DNA of 64,000 bases, taken from positions 12,020 to 76,019 of the forward strand of contig DAOUUU010000001.1 in assembly GCA_030667985.1 (NCBI GenBank), given 5' to 3'. A model generated the notes under the pieces. The model was not told the DNA's origin. It made no database searches and worked only from the letters and a program-made list of their open reading frames with translations. The position numbers were made by a program, and so were the translations under genes. Below, piece after piece: positions 43,216 to 52,050 of this stretch (positions are counted from its first letter, which is position 1; every line of letters begins with the position of its first letter). Source of the DNA: Candidatus Krumholzibacteriota bacterium. Its GTDB lineage: Bacteria; Krumholzibacteriota; Krumholzibacteriia; Krumholzibacteriales; Krumholzibacteriaceae.

Positions 43216-44886
43216 ATGTTCAAACGTTTGATAACGCTGGCCGTGGTCTCCATCCTTGCCGGTGGATTCTGCGCCTGCACGAAGGAGAAAGGCGGGGATC
43301 TCGACGTGGCTACGGATATTTCAGAGCGGCTCGGCGTCTACGCCGAGGTCGATATGGAGGTTCCGTGGGACCTCCTGGACGAGCGGGACCGTTCGACGTT
43401 GAACGAGCTCTACCTTGCGGCCATGGTGATGGACGAGCTCTTTATGGGACAGGTCTCGGCGGAGAATGCCGAGCTCGGGGATAAGGTCCGGGCTACGGGC
43501 GACGAGGGACTCATCACCCTATTTGAGCTGAACTTCGGGCCATGGGACAGGGTGCATGACAATGAGCCCTTCATCGGTAGCGGGGCAAAGCGGGCCGGCG
43601 CGGATTTCTATCCGGCCGACATGACCAAGCAGGAGTTCGAGGCCTACATCAAGGAGCACCCGGAGGACAAGGAGGCCTTCGAGAGTGAATTCACCGTTAT
43701 TAGGAGGACTTCCGGGGGCGGACTCGAGGCTGTTCCTTACTCCACGGCCCACGCAGAGCTGCTCGGCAAGGCGGCGGAGCACCTGGAGAATGCGGCCGAC
43801 CTTTCAAAGAACGAATCGCTCTCCAATTTTCTCAACCTCAGGGCCAAGGCGTTCAAAACCGACGATTACTTCGAGAGCGATATGGCCTGGATGGATGTCG
43901 AGGGGAACCTGCTCGACGTCACAATCGGCCCCTACGAGGTATACGAGGACAACCTCTTCAACTACAAAGCGGCCTACGAGGCCTTCCTCTGCATAAGGGA
44001 TCCGGAGGAGAGCAAGAAGCTGGACGGCCTCAAGGGCTATCTGCTGAAGATGGAGAAGAACCTCCCGATCGCCGACAAGCACAAGACTCTCGACCGCGGA
44101 ACCGACTCGCCCATCTCGGTCGTGGATTTGATTTTCAGCGCGGGCGACACGAAGGCCGGCGTGCAGACGCTCGCCTTCAACCTGCCGAACGATGAGCGGG
44201 TGCACGAGGCGAAGGGAAGCAAGAAGGTGATGCTCCGCAACATGTGCAAGGCGAAGTTCGACAAGATCCTCGTTCCGATTGCCGAGAAAGTCATCGATCC
44301 CGACCTTGTGCCCTTCGTCACATTCGACGCTTACTTCAATCATATATTGCTCCATGAATTCTCGCATGGGCTCGGCCCCGGGCGCATCACCCTCGAGGAC
44401 GGGACCGAGACGACGAGCGACAAGGCGATGCGAGAGAACCACTCTACGATCGAAGAGGCAAAAGCAGATGTTGTGGGCCAGTACAATTTTTATTATCTTA
44501 TTGGGGAGGGGTTTTACGAAGGCCGCCTCGAAAATGAAACCGCAGTCACATTCCTCGCGGGGTTCTTCAGATCGGTCAGGTTCGGGGCGGAATCTGCTCA
44601 CGGCAGGGCGAACATGATCGCATTCAACTATCTCAAGGAAAAGGGAGCCTACAGGCTCGATGCCGACGGCTATTGGACCGTCGATATAGAGAAGGCCAAG
44701 GTCGCGGTGCGGGAGCTCTCGTCCAAGATCCTGATGCTCCAGGCCCTCGGCGACTACGCGGGCTCGAATGAATTCATAGAGAAGTACTGCGTGATGGGTC
44801 CGGGTGTGAAGGCGTCGCTCGCGAGACTGGGCGATGTCCCGATCGACATCCTGCCCCGCTTTGCCATAGAGAAGGAGTTCGAATAA
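43216..44886 (+). CDS. Zinc metallopeptidase lipoprotein (HExxH...EExxAD, DPP III/M49-like)
   Basis: Lipobox AGGFCAC. HEFSHGLG plus downstream EEAKADVVG resembles the two-motif zincin arrangement of M49-like enzymes. Confidence 0.5.
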   Translation: MFKRLITLAVVSILAGGFCACTKEKGGDLDVATDISERLGVYAEVDMEVPWDLLDERDRSTLNELYLAAMVMDELFMGQVSAENAELGDKVRATGDEGLITLFELNFGPWDRVHDNEPFIGSGAKRAGADFYPADMTKQEFEAYIKEHPEDKEAFESEFTVIRRTSGGGLEAVPYSTAHAELLGKAAEHLENAADLSKNESLSNFLNLRAKAFKTDDYFESDMAWMDVEGNLLDVTIGPYEVYEDNLFNYKAAYEAFLCIRDPEESKKLDGLKGYLLKMEKNLPIADKHKTLDRGTDSPISVVDLIFSAGDTKAGVQTLAFNLPNDERVHEAKGSKKVMLRNMCKAKFDKILVPIAEKVIDPDLVPFVTFDAYFNHILLHEFSHGLGPGRITLEDGTETTSDKAMRENHSTIEEAKADVVGQYNFYYLIGEGFYEGRLENETAVTFLAGFFRSVRFGAESAHGRANMIAFNYLKEKGAYRLDADGYWTVDIEKAKVAVRELSSKILMLQALGDYAGSNEFIEKYCVMGPGVKASLARLGDVPIDILPRFAIEKEFE

Positions 44887-44892
44887 TAATCC

Positions 44893-44928
44893 GGAGCCGG
44901 CGCGAGGCGCCGGCATCCGAAAAATCCA
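44893..44928 (+). terminator. Rho-independent terminator after the metallopeptidase gene
   Basis: A perfect 8-bp GC stem GCCGGCGC-GAG-GCGCCGGC (44896-44914), followed by ATCCGAAAAATCC. Confidence 0.6.
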
Positions 44929-45081
44929 GATATGGCCTAGTATTTTAGGCCGGGTGCTGCCCTCTAGGAAGCTGGTCGGCCTTCGATGGGGGTAGGAAGT
45001 CTTGTTGTTGGGATACCGTAGCGCCCGGCCTAAATTTATGTATCCAACCCCATCCGCCGGCCCGCGCCAGATTCCCTCGGT

Positions 45082-45693
45082 CTATATCTTTATTGAAAGC
45101 CCGATATGGGCTGAGATGTACATCAGCGCGGCATCTTCGGTGAACATATAATCGAACACCGGGAGAAACTCGATCTCGAAACCGAACCCGGTATCGACAG
45201 AGATTCCCGCTCCAATGCTCAGCACCGTATTGCCCTGGGAACCGATGACAGGTTCTTCCGGCCCGACCGGATCCTCCGGCAGGTCGGGGATCATCCAGCT
45301 GACCGCGTCGGAATCGAGCGATGCGTATCCTGCGCCCAGCTGCATGAAGAGAACCGCCGGCTCGAGCTTTTCGCACGAGGTCTGGAACCTCACCGCCGGC
45401 ATGATCTCCAGAACCGAAGCGGAACCATCGGCGCACGTCCATTGGTATGGGCGGCTGTTCGCCTTCCAGCTGTGGTAGCGAAAGCTTCCGCCGAGCGCGA
45501 TGTTCGGATGTACCGGGTAAAAGAGGCTCCCGCCGATGGAGTAGCCGGCGTCGAAGTAATCACCGTACGATCGGCCGACAACCGTCGATATCCCGCCGTC
45601 GATTCCCAGAGAAAGATCGGCCGCGTAACTGGTGCCGGTTGCCGGAAGCTGGACTACAAGACAGATCGCTATAGATATGAGGACCCTGTTCAT
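45082..45693 (-). CDS. Small outer-membrane beta-barrel protein (OmpW/OmpA-beta-barrel-like)
   Basis: Signal peptide ending AYA-AD. Alternating hydrophobic beta-strand pattern rich in G/Y/S, 203 aa. Confidence 0.5.
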   Translation of the reverse strand: MNRVLISIAICLVVQLPATGTSYAADLSLGIDGGISTVVGRSYGDYFDAGYSIGGSLFYPVHPNIALGGSFRYHSWKANSRPYQWTCADGSASVLEIMPAVRFQTSCEKLEPAVLFMQLGAGYASLDSDAVSWMIPDLPEDPVGPEEPVIGSQGNTVLSIGAGISVDTGFGFEIEFLPVFDYMFTEDAALMYISAHIGLSIKI

Positions 45694-46706
45694 ATCGCTC
45701 CTTTCTGCTGTACATCCAGCACACCCGCTCCGGAGATCCTGCTCTCCTTGATGAGCCAGAGCGCCTCATTCGCCTCCTCGAGATTGAAGAGGGTTGTTTT
45801 GGTCCGTATAGGGATCTCAGCGGCGAGGCCGATCAGTTCGCGGCCGTCCTCTCTCGTCGAGGCGGTCACGCTGCGCAGAACTTTCTCGTGGTAGAGGTGG
45901 CGCTCGTAGTCGAGGGCCGGGATCTCGGTCATCGTGATCCCTGCCAGGGTGACGGTGCCTCCCTTGTCCAGCACACGTAGGGCGTCTGGCACGATTCCTC
46001 CTGCCGGGGCGAATATAATGGATGCATCGGTTTTCTTGGGCGGCATCTGTTTACTTGTACCCGTCCATGACGCTCCTAGTTCCATCGCATGTTTGCGATG
46101 CGCCTCGGTCCGGGAAAAGACGAGGACCTCGCAGCCCCAGTGGACGGCTACCTGTATCGCGACATGCGCGCTCGCGCCGAATCCGTAGAGCCCCAGCACC
46201 CCGCCAGGCTCGATACCGGAGAGCCGCAGCGCCCGGTAGCCTATGATTCCGGCGCAGAGCAGCGGCGCCGCCTCCCTGTCGTCGAACCCATCCGGGAGCT
46301 CGTATATGAATTCAGCGGGGAGGACCGCGTACTCGGCATAGCCCCCATTTACGTGAAATCCGGTGAACCGCGCGCTCTCGCAGAGATTCTCGGAGCCCGA
46401 CACGCAGAACCGGCAGGACTGGCAGGTCTCGTAGAGCCAGGCCGCGCCTACGCGCGCGCCCACTCCGGGCGCTGCTACCCCCTCGCCAAGCTTCTCGACG
46501 GTGCCGACGATCTGATGGCCCGGGATGATGGGGAGCGTGGGTAGCTCGAGATCCCCCTCGACAGTGTGGAGATCTGTGTGACAGAGTCCGCACATGGAGA
46601 CGCGCACCAGAATCTGCCCCTGCCCCGGTTCGGGCACCGGCGCCTCAGTCAGCTCGAGCGGTTTTTCCTCTATCGCCCCATGTTTTTTAAGGATCATTGC
46701 TTTCAT
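45690..46706 (-). CDS. Zinc-dependent alcohol dehydrogenase (MDR family)
   Basis: Catalytic zinc motif CGLCHTDLH, a structural Zn site CxxCxxCxxxxxxxC and a Rossmann GxGxxG. Start at MKAMILKK with GGGGGA upstream; the ORF extends to 46802. Confidence 0.85.
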   Translation of the reverse strand: MKAMILKKHGAIEEKPLELTEAPVPEPGQGQILVRVSMCGLCHTDLHTVEGDLELPTLPIIPGHQIVGTVEKLGEGVAAPGVGARVGAAWLYETCQSCRFCVSGSENLCESARFTGFHVNGGYAEYAVLPAEFIYELPDGFDDREAAPLLCAGIIGYRALRLSGIEPGGVLGLYGFGASAHVAIQVAVHWGCEVLVFSRTEAHRKHAMELGASWTGTSKQMPPKKTDASIIFAPAGGIVPDALRVLDKGGTVTLAGITMTEIPALDYERHLYHEKVLRSVTASTREDGRELIGLAAEIPIRTKTTLFNLEEANEALWLIKESRISGAGVLDVQQKGAI

Positions 46707-46858
46707 CGGATAGGTCCCCCGTGTGTTGATGGCTCGTATTTGTAGGGTGCCCGGCACCACACCACTTGCAAGCCGGCTTCGATGTATTGTAGTATATTTC
46801 ATATAACATAAAAGGGTTTCAAAAATATTGTATCAAATAGCCCGCAAGGAGCACAGAG

Positions 46859-47503
46859 ATGGAAAAGTTTCTCACCGAATGCGCACAATCGATCATAGAC
46901 GGTAACGCGGAGAAATCAGCGGAGCTTGCCAGGATGGCGCTCGATGACAAGCATCCGGTACTGGAGGTCATAAACAAGGGGTTTGTCAAGGGTATACGCG
47001 AGGTGGGCCGCCTCTGGGAAGAGGGGGCGATGTTCCTGCCCGAGCTCGTGATGGGGGCGGAGGCGATGAAGGAGGCGATGACGGTCCTGCAGCCGGTCCT
47101 TGAGGAGGATGCCGCCGGGAAGAGCGCTGCCGGGCATGTCGTGATCGGCACTATCGAGGGAGATATACATGATATTGGCAAGACGCTCGTAGCGACGATG
47201 CTCTCGGCCAACGGATTCGAGATAACCGATCTCGGCGCAGATGTCCCGGTTGTGCGGTTCGTGGACGAAGCTGTGGAGAAGGGCGCAGGTTGTATCGCGA
47301 TCTCGGCGCTGCTAACGACGACGATGAGCGGTCAGAAAAAGGTCATCGAGGAACTCGAAAGCCGCTCGGTGCGAGACAAGATCAGCGTGATGGTCGGAGG
47401 CGCTCCTTGCAACGACGACTGGGCCAAGGAGATAGGTGCGGACGGATACGCGGGCAACGCAGTCGCGGCCGTTCAACTCGCAAAGAGATTAACCGGCGCA
47501 TAG
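46859..47503 (+). CDS. Cobalamin-binding corrinoid protein (B12 cap + Rossmann B12-binding domain; MtaC/MtgC/MetH-B12 type)
   Basis: DxHxxG motif GDIHDIGK, an SxL region ISALLTTT and a VMVGGAP segment. Confidence 0.85.
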   Translation: MEKFLTECAQSIIDGNAEKSAELARMALDDKHPVLEVINKGFVKGIREVGRLWEEGAMFLPELVMGAEAMKEAMTVLQPVLEEDAAGKSAAGHVVIGTIEGDIHDIGKTLVATMLSANGFEITDLGADVPVVRFVDEAVEKGAGCIAISALLTTTMSGQKKVIEELESRSVRDKISVMVGGAPCNDDWAKEIGADGYAGNAVAAVQLAKRLTGA

Positions 47504-47534
47504 GGTGTCCCGGAGGGGAGACGGGAGAGGGCCA

Positions 47535-48437
47535 ATGGAACATGATCTGATAAAGACGGTCTGGCGCAAAGTCGTCCTGATGGACGGCGGCATGGGCAGC
47601 ATGATCATAGATGCGGGGATGCGCGAGGGGGACATACCGGAAGCCTGGGCTTTGAAGAATCCGGAGAAGCTATCAGCGATACACGCCGCCTATCTCGAAG
47701 CTGGCGCAGAGGTGATACAGACAAACACGTTCGGCGGGAGCAGGCTCAAGCTCCACTCCTCGGAGGCGGGCGCGAAGCTCGATCCGGTTGAGGTTAACAG
47801 GAAGGCAGCCGAGCTCGCCATCAAAGCGGCCAGGGAGCACGATTCCCGGGACCGCTTCGTTGCGGGGGACATCGGACCCACGGGGCTCTTCTTCCCGCCT
47901 GTCGGGCAGCTCGACGAGGAGACGGCGGTTGCCAGCTTCGAGGAGCAGGCGAAGACCCTGGCCGAAGCGGGAGTGGACCTGATCCTGATAGAGACGATGT
48001 ATGATATTCGGGAGGCGGTGGCGGCGGTGAAGGCGGCCCGAAAGGCGACCGGCATTCCGATAATTGCGGAAATCACCTTCGAGAAGAGACCGAAGGGGTA
48101 CTTTACGATGATGGGCGATACGGTCGAGAAGGTCGTCGAACAGCTCGAGGCCGTGGGCGCCGATGCGCTGGGCGCGAATTGCACGCTAACGAGCGAAGAC
48201 ATGCTGGGGCTCGTCAGCGAGTTCCGGGAGAGGACTGCGCTGCCACTCGTCTTTCAGCCCAACGCGGGCCAGCCGGCCATCGAGCACGGCAAGGCTGTTT
48301 ATCGCCAGGATCCTGAGGACTTCGCGAAGGATCTCGAGCTTATCGTCCGTGCCGGCGCGAACGCAGTCGGCGGCTGCTGTGGAACCTCGCCAACATTTAT
48401 CAGGGCGGCGCACGACAGGCTAACGCTTACCGGATAG
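47535..48437 (+). CDS. Homocysteine S-methyltransferase-domain protein (MetH N-terminal Hcy-binding module homologue)
   Basis: Pfam S-methyl_trans pattern VVLMDGGMGSMI, an ALGANCTL region (zinc Cys) and GGCCGTSP (zinc Cys pair) as in MetH/BHMT. Start at MEHDLIK; the ORF extends to 47505. Confidence 0.8.
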   Translation: MEHDLIKTVWRKVVLMDGGMGSMIIDAGMREGDIPEAWALKNPEKLSAIHAAYLEAGAEVIQTNTFGGSRLKLHSSEAGAKLDPVEVNRKAAELAIKAAREHDSRDRFVAGDIGPTGLFFPPVGQLDEETAVASFEEQAKTLAEAGVDLILIETMYDIREAVAAVKAARKATGIPIIAEITFEKRPKGYFTMMGDTVEKVVEQLEAVGADALGANCTLTSEDMLGLVSEFRERTALPLVFQPNAGQPAIEHGKAVYRQDPEDFAKDLELIVRAGANAVGGCCGTSPTFIRAAHDRLTLTG

Positions 48438-48516
48438 GCCCGGAACGGTTTTTCCATCACCGAGCAGAGGTTCGAGCCGGGAGAGGACTCATGCTCCTCG
48501 AACCGGGGGGTTCCAG

Positions 48517-49161
48517 ATGGATCCAGTGATCCAGAAAGATTTCAATATAGCGATCGAACCCAGGGAGGTGAAGCGCCTGCTCGGGTACGGGGAGGAGTCG
48601 GGCCGGGAACCGAGGGAACGCTTCGAAGAAGTCCTTGTCGAGGCGATCGAGCGGGCCGGCAAACTCGTATCGCCGGCTGGAATATATGTGGATGCATCGG
48701 GCGGGGATCTGCCCGGCTCGACCGTGTTCGATGGGCTGGAACGGGTCGCCTACTGTGTCTGCACGATCGGCCCCGAATTGGAGGGGGAGGTTTCGCGTTT
48801 GTCGGGCGGGGACGAGTTGCTTCGGGCGGTCGTCCTCGATGCGGCGGGATCGGTCGCCGCTGAGACGGTAGCGGAGTATATGGACCGGTCGATTCAGGAT
48901 ATGGCGGCAGCCGAGGGGTTGAAGACCTCCTGCCGGGCGAGCCCCGGCTATGGCGATTGGGATATTAGGGAGCAGCGGGCGCTTTTCGAGCTGGTCCCAG
49001 CTGGAAGGATCGGCGTACGCCTCAGCGAGAGCGCGATGATGATCCCGAGAAAATCAGTCTCATTCGCGATCCACATAGATGAGCACCCGGCCCGTATGAG
49101 ATCGGAGAACTCTTGCCGGAACTGCGATCGCACCGATTGCACCTACCGGCTTCTGGAATAG
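48517..49161 (+). CDS. MetH-type reactivation (AdoMet-binding activation) domain protein
   Basis: CRASPGYGDWDIREQRALFELV aligns with the MetH activation-domain motif RPAPGYPACPEHTEK..WELL. 214 aa. Confidence 0.5.
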   Translation: MDPVIQKDFNIAIEPREVKRLLGYGEESGREPRERFEEVLVEAIERAGKLVSPAGIYVDASGGDLPGSTVFDGLERVAYCVCTIGPELEGEVSRLSGGDELLRAVVLDAAGSVAAETVAEYMDRSIQDMAAAEGLKTSCRASPGYGDWDIREQRALFELVPAGRIGVRLSESAMMIPRKSVSFAIHIDEHPARMRSENSCRNCDRTDCTYRLLE

Positions 49162-49203
49162 ATGTGAAGTGAAGACAATGGACCAGAAAGGCGGAAAGAG
49201 AGC

Positions 49204-50664
49204 ATGAGCATTATCCCCCGTGTCACATGGTTCACAGAGGAAGACAGAAAGAGGGTAGTCGCCGAGGCTGTCGAGATACTGGAGAAGATCGGAGTCTTCG
49301 TAGAGAATGACGAAGCAATCGAGCTTCTCTCCGGGGCCGGAGCGCGGGTTGACAGGGACAAGGGCAGGGTCTTCATCCCCGCCTCCATGGTGGAGAAGGC
49401 CGTCGGATCGGCTCCCTCCCGCATCCTCGTCTACAATCGCCATGGAGAACCGGTGATGGATCTGGGTGAGGACCGGATCCATTTCAATCCGGGTTCCGCG
49501 GCTCTACGGATATATGATCATAAAAAGAAGAAGACCCGCACGCCCATGACCGCCGATCTCGTCCGGTTCTCGGCGCTGACCGATGCCTTGCCCAACTACG
49601 CCGCTCAGAGCACCGGTATCGTCTCCGGAGACGTTCCGGAGGAGATAGGGGACCGCTACCGGGTCTATATAGCCCTTCAGAACTCGGTGAAACCAGTCGT
49701 CACCGGTACGTTCTTGATCGACGCCTTCAGGGTGATGCACGAGATGCTCGCAACCGTCGCCGGCGACCAGGGCGCCCTGGCGGAGAAGCCGATGGCGATC
49801 TTTGACTGCTGCCCCTCGCCCCCGCTCAAGTGGAGCGACCTCACCTGCCAGGCGCTGATTGACTGCGCGCGTACGGGCCTCCCCGCCGAGCTCGTCTCGA
49901 TGCCCCTGACCGGGGCCACATCTCCCGTGACGCTGTCCGGCGCGGTCGTGCAGCATGCGGCCGAGAGCCTGAGCGGAGTGGTGATCCATCAGCTCGCAAA
50001 GGCGGGTGCGCCGATCATCTACGGCGGATCTCCCGCCTGCTTTGATATGCGCAAAGGGACGACGCCGATGGGAGCGGTGGAGACGATGATGATAGACGGA
50101 GCCTACGCCGAGATCGGCAAGCACCTCGGCCTTCCCACTCAGGCATACATGGCGCTGAGCGATTCGAAGCGGGTCGACTACCAGGCCGGAATGGAGAGCG
50201 CCATGGGTGCGGCCGTCGCCGCCCTGAGCGGCATCAACAACGTCTCCGGCCCCGGCATGCTCGACTTCGAATCCTGTCAGAGCCTCGAGAAACTCGTTCT
50301 TGATCACGAGATCGCCGGTATGGCGCTACGCCTTACCAGGGGGATCGCATTCAGGGACGATCCAATCGCGCTCCCGTTGATTGAAGCCGCCCTCGAGAAG
50401 AAGGAATTCCTGTCGCTGCCCCATACGGCTAAATGGTACAGGGAGGAGGCCTACTTCCCGAACGCAGTCATCGACCGGAGCACGCTGGAGGAATGGGAGT
50501 CGAAGGGGGGGCTGGACGCCACAGCACGCGCTTCCGAAAGAGTCGAGAAGCTCCTCTCCGATCACGAGCCGGAGCCGCTCGATGATGCGGTCCGCGCGCA
50601 CCTCACAGAGCTCATGGAGCGCGATGCGAAACGCTACGGTATGGACAAACTGCCCGTTACATGA
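49204..50664 (+). CDS. MttB-superfamily (trimethylamine methyltransferase family) methyltransferase, non-pyrrolysine member
   Basis: 486 aa. The N-terminus (TEEDRKRVVAEAVEILEKIGV) and TIM-barrel core are typical of MttB/MtgB-type substrate:corrinoid methyltransferases. There is no in-frame TAG. Confidence 0.75.
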   Translation: MSIIPRVTWFTEEDRKRVVAEAVEILEKIGVFVENDEAIELLSGAGARVDRDKGRVFIPASMVEKAVGSAPSRILVYNRHGEPVMDLGEDRIHFNPGSAALRIYDHKKKKTRTPMTADLVRFSALTDALPNYAAQSTGIVSGDVPEEIGDRYRVYIALQNSVKPVVTGTFLIDAFRVMHEMLATVAGDQGALAEKPMAIFDCCPSPPLKWSDLTCQALIDCARTGLPAELVSMPLTGATSPVTLSGAVVQHAAESLSGVVIHQLAKAGAPIIYGGSPACFDMRKGTTPMGAVETMMIDGAYAEIGKHLGLPTQAYMALSDSKRVDYQAGMESAMGAAVAALSGINNVSGPGMLDFESCQSLEKLVLDHEIAGMALRLTRGIAFRDDPIALPLIEAALEKKEFLSLPHTAKWYREEAYFPNAVIDRSTLEEWESKGGLDATARASERVEKLLSDHEPEPLDDAVRAHLTELMERDAKRYGMDKLPVT

Positions 50665-51961
50665 TCGCCGCCTTGAGGGCGAACTGCACGCGGATACTGT
50701 CGTAGTCCCGTTCCCTCGTATCGACCGATCCGCCGCTCATCGTTTTGTGGAGATAGGTCGTTTTGAGATAGGAGCCTTCGATCATCGCGGTGACATTCCT
50801 TGTGATGCTGTACATGAGATTTCCGAAGAGTACGGAATTCATGGTGATCATCGAGTGAGAGCTGTCGTCCGGGATGATGAAGTCCGAATCGTCCGGATTG
50901 TCGAAGCAGTACCCGGCGTTAAGCAGGGTTCTTTCCGCCGGGACGAGAGAGATCATCCCCCATCCGCCAGATGCTCCGAGCTCGTTGAAGGTGGGGCTGT
51001 AGTCCTGCAGGACGCCGCCGAAGTAGGTCGCGAGATTCTGTCCCATGAAGTACTCGCCGCTGATCGTCATCTTGTCTGTGAGCTTCAGCTTGAGATCGAC
51101 GTTGAAGGACCATGAGTCGAGCTCTCGTGTCGCATTGTCTACGAGCTCACCCATCTCGAATGTCTTGATCCTAGCCTTTTCCTTGCCGTAGTGGCCCGAG
51201 ACGCCGAGCCATGCGTGTCCCTGGCCGCCGAAACCGCTCTCGAACCCGAGGCGCCCCTGAACGGTCGGGAATCCGGCGGCGGAGCCGTCGTCATATCCGT
51301 CGCCCGTCTCACACTCCCCGTCCTCACAGATTATATCGAGATCGTGCGCCAGCGTCCGCGCGGCAGCTATTGCGGCTGTGACTTTCTTCGAGCCCATATC
51401 AGCCGTCCCGGTGAAGCGGAACTGCGGGCGCCGGTAGCCGATGTTACCCTGGCCCCAGCCGACCGTGTAGTTGACGGTCTTGGGAACGAGGGGGGAGATG
51501 ACGTCGCTCGTCTGGCCTGCGAGGATCGACCAGCAGCCCCTGGAGAGCTTGAGATATGCGTGGCGGAGCATCGGGGCGGCCTTGTTCTCCATTGAGATCA
51601 AATTCGAGGGAGCGGCGCCGAGTCCGTAGAAGTCGAACTCGAGCTTCGCGGCCGTCCGCCAGTCCTGCTCGATCCAGGCGAAATCGAATCCCAGCCTGGT
51701 CTCGCGGGCCGTCATATGTGTGGCGCTCCCCTCGGCATCCTCGAGCACTTTTATTGCGAAGTTGCCGGGCCAGGTGCGAAGCTCGTCAAAGGCGTAGTCC
51801 GCCTTGAAGTAGCCGCTAAACTTGAAGCTGTAGGAGGTGCACTTCTTCTCCTCTTCCTTCGCCTCGGCCTCGCCTTTCTTGAGCGTCTCGGCAGCGCCCG
51901 CTGGAATCGTCAGCGTGAAGGCCGTCAGGGCTATAAGGGCTGTCGATCGAAGCAGATTCAT
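50657..51961 (-). CDS. Outer-membrane porin-like beta-barrel protein
   Basis: Signal peptide (AGA-AE). 434 aa with alternating beta-strand pattern, many G/Y/F/D. Convergent with the MttB-family gene, overlapping by 8 nt. Confidence 0.5.
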   Translation of the reverse strand: MNLLRSTALIALTAFTLTIPAGAAETLKKGEAEAKEEEKKCTSYSFKFSGYFKADYAFDELRTWPGNFAIKVLEDAEGSATHMTARETRLGFDFAWIEQDWRTAAKLEFDFYGLGAAPSNLISMENKAAPMLRHAYLKLSRGCWSILAGQTSDVISPLVPKTVNYTVGWGQGNIGYRRPQFRFTGTADMGSKKVTAAIAAARTLAHDLDIICEDGECETGDGYDDGSAAGFPTVQGRLGFESGFGGQGHAWLGVSGHYGKEKARIKTFEMGELVDNATRELDSWSFNVDLKLKLTDKMTISGEYFMGQNLATYFGGVLQDYSPTFNELGASGGWGMISLVPAERTLLNAGYCFDNPDDSDFIIPDDSSHSMITMNSVLFGNLMYSITRNVTAMIEGSYLKTTYLHKTMSGGSVDTRERDYDSIRVQFALKAAIM

Positions 51962-52050
51962 GGTGTTCCTTCCTATGAAAGATCAAGAGTCGTTTCCAAC
52001 GCAACGTTCAGATTTATTTAGGAGATATCGCGAAGAATGTCAAACGTTTT

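Noticed and set aside
43804-44916. Minus-strand ORF 43804..44916
   Set aside because: Antisense to the HExxH metallopeptidase lipoprotein gene.
49204-50664. Possibility that the MttB-family gene is a pyrrolysine (TAG-containing) trimethylamine methyltransferase
   Set aside because: The ORF is uninterrupted from start to stop with no in-frame TAG, so it is a non-Pyl family member.
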